DNA from: Octopus sinensis
Taxonomy: Eukaryota
NCBI RefSeq assembly: GCF_006345805.1
Contig: NW_021829064.1
Span: 1 to 7,125 of the forward strand
Direction of reading: 5' to 3'
Length of the DNA: 7,125 bases
Shown here: piece by piece, positions 1 to 6,295 of the stretch
How positions within the stretch are numbered: position 1 is the stretch's first letter
Layout: the number at the start of each line of letters is the position of its first letter
The notes under the pieces: generated by a model
The model's input: the letters and a program-made list of their open reading frames with translations, nothing else
The model's database searches: none
What the model was told of the DNA's origin: nothing
Translations under genes and position numbers: made by a program

Positions 1-76
1 ATTATATATAACAATCAAAAAGTATTAAAAAATTTATTATAAGATAAGTAAAACCACTTACATGATACAATATATG

Positions 77-536
77 ATACATACATGCATACATACATAC
101 ATACATTCATACATACATACATACATTCATACATACATACATTCATACATACATACACACATACATACATACATACATGCATACATGCATACATTCATAC
201 ATACATACACACATTCATACATACATACATGCATACATGCATACATTCATACATACATACACACATACATACATTCATACATACATACATGCATATATAC
301 ATATATACATACATACATACATACATACATGCATACATACATACATACATTCATACATACATACATAATACATACATTCATACATACATACATACATACA
401 TACATACATACATACATACATTCATACATACATACATATATACAAACATACATACGTACATACATACAAACATACATACATACATACATACATACATACA
501 TACATACGTACGTACGTACATACATACATACAAACA

Positions 537-568
<32 letters not shown>

Positions 569-570
569 CA
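77..570. repeat. (ATAC)n tetranucleotide microsatellite, about 490 bp, with TTCA/TGCA/CACA variant units
   Basis: Directly visible. It explains the HTYI- and CMYV-repeat ORFs at 62-613, 85-723, 177-368 and 247-573. Confidence 0.98.
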
Positions 571-642
571 CACTACCTATATATATACTTGTACCGACCA
601 ATTAAACAATTAAATACTTGTGCACATCATTTCTACCAACAG

Positions 643-989
643 ATCTTTCCACAAGAATTGGTCGGAGATGAACCGGAAGAAGTTTACATTGGGTTCACTA
701 GACTCGTCCGAGGATGTGATTAGGTTGAGATGGAACCTGGCACCCTGTACTTTAGTGGAAACACTCTCACAAGTGGACCTACCCTTTATAGTTCAAGCAG
801 AGAATAGCAGCAAGTGGCCTTACGCTGAGCAGTGTTTTGATTGGGCCCAGCCTTTACTCATGTATCACCAAATATCTGGAGTGAAGGTCTACGCTCAAGT
901 GATCGAGCAGTCAAATGGAATACCAGAAACCGCCGACCAAGTCACTTTCCGCAACCCCCAACTCTTTGTTATTCCAATAGAATGTCAAG
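643..989 (+). CDS. Internal coding exon of a CABIT-domain protein (Themis/GAREM/Serrano-like), 347 nt, phase 2 in and phase 1 out
   Basis: Acceptor catcatttctaccaacAG ends at 642 and donor AAG|GTAGGA has GT at 990-991. The frame is open throughout: SFHKNWSEMNRKKFTLGSLDSSEDVIRLRW...TLVETLSQVDLPFIVQ...FDWAQPLLMYHQISGVKVYAQVIE...PQLFVIPIECQG. The ordered motifs W-x-L-x-LP-x-V, QPLL, KVYA and IP-x-x-x-x-G match the CABIT pattern as I recall it. No HMM search was run. Confidence 0.72.
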
Positions 990-1039
990 GTAGGACCAGT
1001 TCTGTCTCATATAAATCTATTATTATTTTTAGGCTTTTA

Positions 1040-1063
1040 AAGGGCGACACAACAGCACAATCA
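1040..1063 (+). mobile_element. 5' stub of an old, degenerate family-1 SINE, separated from its body by a nested insertion
   Basis: aagggcgacacaacagcacaatca aligns loosely with the head aaggcggcgagctggcagaatcg of the young copies. The alignment continues at 1446 once the insert is removed. Confidence 0.65.
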
Positions 1064-1445
1064 GTGGAAGCGCAATGGCCCAATGGTTAGGGCAGCGGAC
1101 TCGCGGTCGGAGGATCGCGGTTTCGATTCCCAGACCGGACGTTGTATGTGTTTAATGAGCGAAAATACCTAAAGCTCCACGAGGCTCCGACAGGGGGTGG
1201 TGGCGACCCCTGTTGTACTCTTTCGCTCCAACTTTCTCTCACTCCTTCTTCCTGTTTCTTGTTTCCGACTTCCTACGCAACCGCTGAGCCTGGATGCGCA
1301 TTCATCCATCGGTCGATGCTCTCGGTGTCGGTGGTTGACCTGCTTTCTCTTCTGCGGGTCTTACGAATAGCAAAGGACCACGTTTCAGACTTCTCCCACT
1401 GGACGAAGACCGCTTTGCTCAGCAAACAAACAAACAAACAAAAAG
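1064..1445 (+). mobile_element. Full-length tRNA-derived SINE (family 2), about 380 bp, with (CAAA)n tail and 11-bp target-site duplication
   Basis: A-box TGGCCCAATGG at 1076-1086 and B-box-like GGTTTCGATTCC at 1119-1130. The (CAAA)n tail is at about 1423-1444. The exact direct repeat CAGCACAATCA lies at 1053-1063 and 1446-1456. Confidence 0.9.
1076..1130 (+). promoter_or_regulatory. Internal RNA polymerase III type-2 promoter (A and B boxes) of the family-2 SINE
   Basis: TGGCCCAATGG matches TRGCNNARYGG. GGTTTCGATTCC resembles GGTTCRANNCC with one extra T. The spacing is tRNA-like. Confidence 0.75.
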
Positions 1446-1635
1446 CAGCACAATCATTTGAGCACTGAATAAAATGCTTAGCGATATTTATCCAGGTCTT
1501 TACGTTCTGAGTTCGAATTCCGCTGAGGTTTACTTTGCCTTTCACCCATTCGAGGTAGATAAAATAAGTACCAGTTAAGTACTGGGGCCCTCTTCCCCCT
1601 AACGGCCTACTGACACAAATATGCAACCATTATTA
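1446..1635 (+). mobile_element. Body of the old, degenerate family-1 SINE (tail type B)
   Basis: aaaatgcttagcgatattt...tacgttctgagttcgaattccgctgaggtttactttgcctttcacccattcgaggtagataaaataagtaccagtt aligns with the 3379-3610 copy, with many substitutions. The B-box GTTCGAATTCC is retained. Confidence 0.88.
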
Positions 1636-1895
1636 CTGTTGTGTTAGTGGTGCCAGCATTCTGTTCGTTTTGCACATTCATATTCAAAATTTTTGCACTG
1701 TGTCACATAAGTTCACAGAGGCACTGAGGAGCTGCAAAGCTTCTCTTATATTTTCATCTTTCGGGGTGGACTCGATCGGTGATTTTGTAAAATATACGTA
1801 TTTTAAAACAATTTCAAGTCGGCATTTTCGCCAAAAATTTAGAGGAGTCGGACAAGACATAGGAAGGACTTTGTGGTTGCGGAGTCTCAACTCTT

Positions 1896-2005
1896 ATGTC
1901 AAATGACCCAACAAATGCCGACCGACAACAACAACAATCGCAAAAAAAAGTAAACTTTGAAAGAAGCAAACCTCTACCGGCGTCGTCGCTACCCTCAACC
2001 AACAG
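1896..2005 (+). CDS. Weak candidate short exon (MSNDPTNADRQQQQSQKKVNFERSKPLPASSLPSTN-R), possibly an alternative first exon
   Basis: ATG at 1896, frame open from 1863, ending at a good donor CAG|GTAGGA (GT at 2006-2007, phase 2). The surrounding sequence is locally CpG-rich. There is no polypyrimidine acceptor and I recognise no homology. Confidence 0.22.
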
Positions 2006-2690
2006 GTAGGATTTTTCTAGTAGGAAAAAGAAACAGCATCAGTGCAATGGCCAACAGTAAAAAACAAACATTTCAACATGCGTCGTGAGGCAGCTGCAAA
2101 AGATATTTGTTTTGATGCCGCTGCAAGAAATGTTGAAAAATTCGATTTAAACCAAAACGGCTGAAAACTGGCCAAATTTAAAACGAAAATGGACGAAGAG
2201 TAATTCTAAGCCCTCCATCCGATGCTAGAAGAAGCACTCTAAAATTTACAGTCATCTGCCGTTGCATTGGAACAAAATCGGGTCGCCGGAAAAATGCAAG
2301 TGAGACCCGAATGGAAAAGTACCTTGGGCATGCGTGGGAACATAAGAAGAACAATATGGTATAGCTGAAGTAAGATTCGAAGCAGAGACAGAGGCAAGAT
2401 AGCACTTCGCAACAACACTGATGAATGAGAAACTCTTGTGCGAACCTAACGTTGTCAGCGCCTGGCAAAAGAGAAGATAATAAATTATAAATCACCTGGT
2501 GAGTGGTAGCCATCTTGGCTGATATAAAAAAAAAAGGCTGCAACAATCATGGAGGTCAATAATTTACCAATATGAAACTTGTGGTGGGGGATGTGAAACT
2601 TTCAATACAAGCAAATACGGAAAACATCGGAAATACACCTGACCTGGTTTTCCTCACGACTGGCACTCATCTGTCTGTGATAGCGGGAGG

Positions 2691-2842
2691 AGAGAAAGCT
2701 AAGATGCTACATACGTAAAGCTAAGAGAAAGCTAAGATGCTCGAAACGTAAAAGACTTTTTCTATTCCTGAGCGTTATACTAATACATCTGTTTGTTTTG
2801 TACACCACCTGTCTTCGTCTTTTGTTTTATTTCGTAAACTCT
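2691..2842 (+). mobile_element. Probable remnant of a Penelope-like element terminal repeat with a decayed hammerhead-like core
   Basis: agc-taagat-gct-c hairpin, then GAAACG (2743-2748), then CGTT (2773-2776), followed by a T-rich tract (tacatctgtttgttttgtacaccacctgtcttcgtcttttg). The layout resembles a type I hammerhead, but the CTGANGA box is degenerate (ctaaga). The family call comes from recalled pattern only. Confidence 0.42.
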
Positions 2843-3035
2843 CTCTGTTACATATGCGGAGCTACGACACGTTTCAAAAGCCTTCCGCCCCCAAAACAGT
2901 CACAAAAGAAACAAGACACCCATTTTTATCAACGCCATAATTGCATCGCCCAAACCCCCTTTCAGCGGCTAAATACATGATCAGCCACAACTCCAGAGAT
3001 TGCTACAACACTAACAGAGTTTCCAAACACAACAG

Positions 3036-3057
3036 CGACGACGACAACAACAACAAC

Positions 3058-3090
<33 letters not shown>

Positions 3091-3100
3091 CAACACAATA
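3036..3100. repeat. (GAC)3 followed by (AAC)n trinucleotide microsatellite
   Basis: Directly visible. It gives the poly-T/N and poly-C/V tracts in the ORFs at 2941-3237 and 2962-3180. Confidence 0.96.
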
Positions 3101-3210
3101 ATAACATTAATGGCAAGAACTCCAGCGACAATAGTGTACCGAACTCCTATAAAAACTATAACCCTAACAACAGGGTCCATTCCACTAGTGCACCACCACT
3201 ATCGCTATCA

Positions 3211-3366
3211 AAGGCGCCAAGCTGGCTTTCGCGTTAGCATCTCGGACAAAATGCTTAATGGCATTTGTGGGGTCGATGTAATAGACCTCTGCTAATCTCC
3301 ACCCCTAAAATCGAATAATCCCTACCCTTATAATTATTGGCCTTCAGTCAAAATTCGAAACTGTTA
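3211..3366 (+). mobile_element. Old family-1 SINE with an internal deletion of the B-box and core (tail type B)
   Basis: The head aaggcgccaagctggc...gttagcatctcggacaaaatgcttaatggcattt joins directly to ggggtcgatgtaatagac at 3269. A degenerate tail follows (attggccttcagtcaaaattcgaaactgtta). Confidence 0.75.
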
Positions 3367-3378
3367 GGGTTACGGTAT

Positions 3379-3610
3379 AGGGCGGCGAGCTGGCAGAATC
3401 GTTAGCACGCCGGGCGAAATGCTTAGCGGTATTTCGTCTGCCGTTACGTTCTGAGTTCAAATTCCGCCGAGGTCGACTTTGCCTTTCATCCTTTCGGGGT
3501 CGATAAATTAAGTACCAGTTACGCACTAGGGTCGATGTAATCGACATAATCCGTTTGTCTGTCTTGTTTGTCCCCTCTGTGTTTAGCCCCTTGTGGGTAG
3601 TAAAGAAATA
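3379..3610 (+). mobile_element. Young full-length family-1 tRNA-derived SINE (tail type A)
   Basis: A-box-like TGGCAGAATCG at 3391-3401 and B-box GTTCAAATTCC at 3455-3465. By manual alignment it is about 92% identical to the reverse complement of 5624-5855. It ends in aaagaaata. A possible 5-bp target-site duplication GGTAT lies at 3374-3378 and 3611-3615. Confidence 0.95.
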
Positions 3611-3618
3611 GGTATTAA

Positions 3619-3847
3619 AGGGCGGCGGGCTGGAAGAATCGTCAGTGCGTCGCAAAAAATGCCTTGCATTATTTCTTCCGGCTCTTTACATTCTGAGATC
3701 AAATTCTGCCAGTGTCAACCTTGTCTTTCAACCTACCCCAGGGTCGATAAAATAACGAACAAGTCAACTACTGGGATCATAGGTATCGACTACTTTTCTC
3801 TCCCCTCAAAATCGTTAGCCTTGTGTCGAAATTAGGAGCAATTATTA
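3619..3847 (+). mobile_element. Old full-length family-1 SINE (tail type B)
   Basis: It is colinear with the adjacent young copy through head and core (ggcggcgggctggaagaatcg...ttctgagatcaaattctgcc...gggtcgataaaataa). It then has a different tail (ccctcaaaatcgttagccttgtgtcgaaattaggagcaattatt). Confidence 0.88.
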
Positions 3848-3856
3848 GGGGTTTTT

Positions 3857-3872
3857 AAGGCGTCGAGCTGGC
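3857..3872 (+). mobile_element. Short family-1 SINE head stub
   Basis: aaggcgtcgagctggc matches the family 5' end aaggcggcgagctggc at 15 of 16 positions, then homology stops. Confidence 0.45.
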
Positions 3873-3874
3873 TG

Positions 3875-3931
3875 TCATCCTCATTAGAGCCCTCCTCATC
3901 ATTATCCTCATCATCATCGTCAACATCATCA
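3875..3931. repeat. Degenerate (TCA)n/(TCC)n low-complexity tract
   Basis: Directly visible: tcatcctcattagagccctcctcatcattatcctcatcatcatcgtcaacatcatca. Confidence 0.8.
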
Positions 3932-4456
3932 GGACGTTATCAAAGAAGCTTGAGGGGCGGTTGGATGGAACCTACACTCGCCTCCTTATGAGAGCTCAAA
4001 ATCTCTCGTGGAAGCGTCATCCAACCAAAGTACAAATATATGGGAAACTACCACCTGTATCATCTCTTGTGAAAGGTAGAAGAGTCTGGTTTGCTGGACA
4101 TTGTTGTAGAGCTGAAAACGAGGTAAATTTCTACTCTTCTCCTCTGGAAGCCATCTGCTCGCGATACCAGAAGGCACACACTCTCCTACCCTGATATAAT
4201 CTCCAGGGATACAGGCATCCAGCAACGGGACCTCCGTAATGCTATGATGGACCGTGAAGTCTGGCGTAACATAGTAAATTCCATTGTCTCGACCACGGTC
4301 ACGATACCAGAGGGCGCACACTCTCCTACCCTGATGTAATCTCCAGGGATACAGGCATCCAGCAACGGGATCTCCGTAATGCTATGATGGATCGTGAAGT
4401 CTGGCGTAACATAGCAAATTCCATGGTTTCGACCACAGTCGAACAATGATGATGAT
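3932..4456 (+). mobile_element. 5'-truncated RTE-clade non-LTR retrotransposon (LINE) 3' end, pseudogenised, with a (TGA)n tail
   Basis: It translates as TLSKKLEGRLDGTYTRLLMRAQNLSWKRHPTKVQIYGKLPPVSSLVKGRRVWFAGHCCRAENEV, then a +1 frameshift near 4125-4127. The peptide continues ISTLLLWKPSARDTRRHTLSYPDIISRDTGIQQRDLRNAMMDREVWRNIVNSIVSTTV. This resembles the post-RT C-terminus of RTE-type ORFs (W-x-x-H-x-T, R-x-x-x-F-A-G-H, D-R-x-x-W-R). It ends gaacaaTGATGATGAT. Confidence 0.88.
4161..4440 (+). repeat. 140-bp tandem duplication of the LINE 3' end
   Basis: 4161-4300 and 4301-4440 align without gaps, with 10 mismatches in 140 by hand count. Confidence 0.97.
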
Positions 4457-4640
4457 CATCAGCATTCGTCATCGTGGGCGTCGTCGTCGTCGTCGTCGTC
4501 ACCATCACTATCATCATAATTTTTTCAACACCATCACCACTACCATCTTCCTCCCCCTCCTCCTCCTCCACCTCTTCCCCATCCCCTTCCTCATCATCAT
4601 TTCCACTGCCATCATCATCATCATCATCATCATCATCTCA
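4447..4640. repeat. Compound trinucleotide microsatellite (TGA/TCG/CCA/TCC/TCA)n
   Basis: Directly visible. It explains the low-complexity ORFs at 4326-4571, 4446-4718 and 4474-4695. Confidence 0.95.
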
Positions 4641-4790
4641 CCACCAGTGTGCAACGCAAAGGAGATTGACCAATTCACAGACTTTAGTTCTGTGAAACTA
4701 AGATTACGGAAAGACTAATAAGATATTAATGTCAACTTTAATTCGTCTTCCTTTTTAAAGTCCATCATCACCTTCTCCTCTACCCTTCTC

Positions 4791-4897
4791 ATATATATGT
4801 GTGTGTGTGTGTGTGTATTTATATATATAATACACTTACATATATATACAAATATATATATACATACATTTACATATATATGTATATGTGTATGTAC

Positions 4898-4947
<50 letters not shown>

Positions 4948-5165
4948 ATATATTATATATAATATATATATATATGTATACATATATGTATGCATATATT
5001 TACACACACACCATACGTATCTATATCTGTATGTATACATGTAACACTATATCGATATCTACATCTATATATAAAAATATATGCATATGCATACATACAC
5101 ACACAATCACGCACACAAGCACATACATATATAGTAGTATATACTATATATATATATATATATAT

Positions 5166-5205
<40 letters not shown>

Positions 5206-5208
5206 TAG

Positions 5209-5241
<33 letters not shown>

Positions 5242-5275
5242 GAATGTATACACACACACACACTCGTACACACAA
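4791..5275. repeat. Compound dinucleotide microsatellite: (GT)n, long (AT)n blocks, (CA)n
   Basis: (GT)n at 4799-4816, a perfect (TA)n run at about 4899-4945, further (AT)n at 5140-5240 and (CA)n near 5250-5262. It explains the poly-IY ORFs. Confidence 0.97.
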
Positions 5276-5623
5276 TGTTACAGACAACATCCATTTTGAG
5301 AGTGAGTTTCTTTTAAATAAACAAGTCTGCTGTAAACTGGATATCTGAAAGAACACCAAAAATATGTCGGTCAGCCAAGATGGCCGCCCGCAACACGTTT
5401 TGGAGATGGAGGATAAGATTTTGTTCTCGTCTCTTTCTGAATCAGTGCTTCATTAGTTTCAGCGAGTAACTATACAGAATTCCTATTTTCTCTCTAAAGG
5501 TTATACATACATAACTAATAACTGCACGCATAATACAGACACACACACACACAGGTCTATTTTATATAATAGATAATATATATTGTATATCATATAATAT
5601 ATAATGATATACGACATATGATA

Positions 5624-5855
5624 TATTTCTTTAGTACCCAGAAGGGGCTAAACATAGAGAGGACAAACAAGGCAGACAAACGGTTTAAGTCGATTACATC
5701 GACCCCAGCGCGTAACTGGTACTTATTTTATCGACCCCGAAAGGATGAAAAGCAAAGTCGACCTCGGCGGAATTTGAACCCGGGACGTACCGGCAGACGA
5801 AATACTGCTAAGCATTTCGCCCGGCGTGCTAACGTTTTTGCCAGCTCGCCGCCTT
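5624..5855 (-). mobile_element. Young full-length family-1 SINE (tail type A) with a 20-bp target-site duplication
   Basis: It is the reverse complement of the 3379-3610 element. The B-box GGTTCAAATTCC is at 5769-5780 on the minus strand. The flanking direct repeats atgatatacgacatatgata (5604-5623) and atcatatacgagatatgata (5856-5875) match at 18 of 20 positions. Confidence 0.95.
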
Positions 5856-6295
5856 ATCATATACGAGATATGATAATATCCAATACAGCCGTGATTCGGT
5901 TTCCTGGTTGTTGTATCTTCGTTCAAGAGCTATACTCAATCTAATCCAAACCTGTTGTAGGGGTGGAATATATTAATATTTGCACCTATAATGAATGTCG
6001 TTATGTTTAAGCTCATTAGAGAATGCTCTAATGAATTCAGTAACCGAAGCAGAAACGCTAAGAGCCACACTCAGACTGACGCTCCCTATTGTGCCGCCAC
6101 GGTGGTTTATCAACCCTTATCAATTGAGGCCTACAATTAACGAAAGGAACTGAGAGAACCTCTACACTTGTGAAAGACTTAGCCTTAAGCGTTACCCTAG
6201 GGACTAATGCTACTATATTTGATTACTAAAAGTTACTCATGACCTGTCAAATGATCTATACTACCCCTGCCATAGAACTCATGAAATCCTAAATT

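Noticed and set aside
62-723. Long ORFs of 183, 212, 63 and 108 aa with HTYI or CMYV repeats
   Set aside because: These are translations of the (ATAC)n microsatellite, which lacks stop codons in several frames.
620-1090. 156-aa single-exon ORF as given in the track
   Set aside because: It starts at a GTG upstream of the acceptor and reads through the donor into intron and SINE sequence. Only 643-989 looks coding.
1066-1140. Possible tRNA gene
   Set aside because: A and B boxes are present, but there is no proper acceptor stem or T-arm pairing. It continues into a 300-nt body with a repeat tail and target-site duplication, so it is a SINE head.
1142-1626. ORFs 1142-1468 (+) and 1273-1626 (-)
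   Set aside because: They lie within the two SINEs and have no recognisable protein features.
2040-2690. ORF 2178-2546 (-) and short + frames; possible transposase or LINE remnant
   Set aside because: I recognise no motif in any frame I translated, and the + frames contain multiple stops. It is left unannotated. A Dfam or tblastx search would be needed.
2941-3295. Poly-Thr/Asn and poly-Cys/Val ORFs
   Set aside because: These are products of the (AAC)n repeat and the adjacent degenerate SINE.
3363-3372. TTAGGG telomere-like hexamer
   Set aside because: It is a single unit with no array, which is expected by chance.
6013-6034. Perfect 9-bp hairpin TCATTAGAG-aatg-CTCTAATGA
   Set aside because: It is real, but one AT-rich 9-bp stem in 7 kb is not far from chance expectation. 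No associated feature supports a function, and bacterial-type terminators are irrelevant here.
6101-6150. GG TGG TTT (G-W-F) that would continue the CABIT motif after the phase-1 intron
   Set aside because: It is preceded by CAC rather than AG, there is no pyrimidine tract, and the frame stops after about 17 codons.
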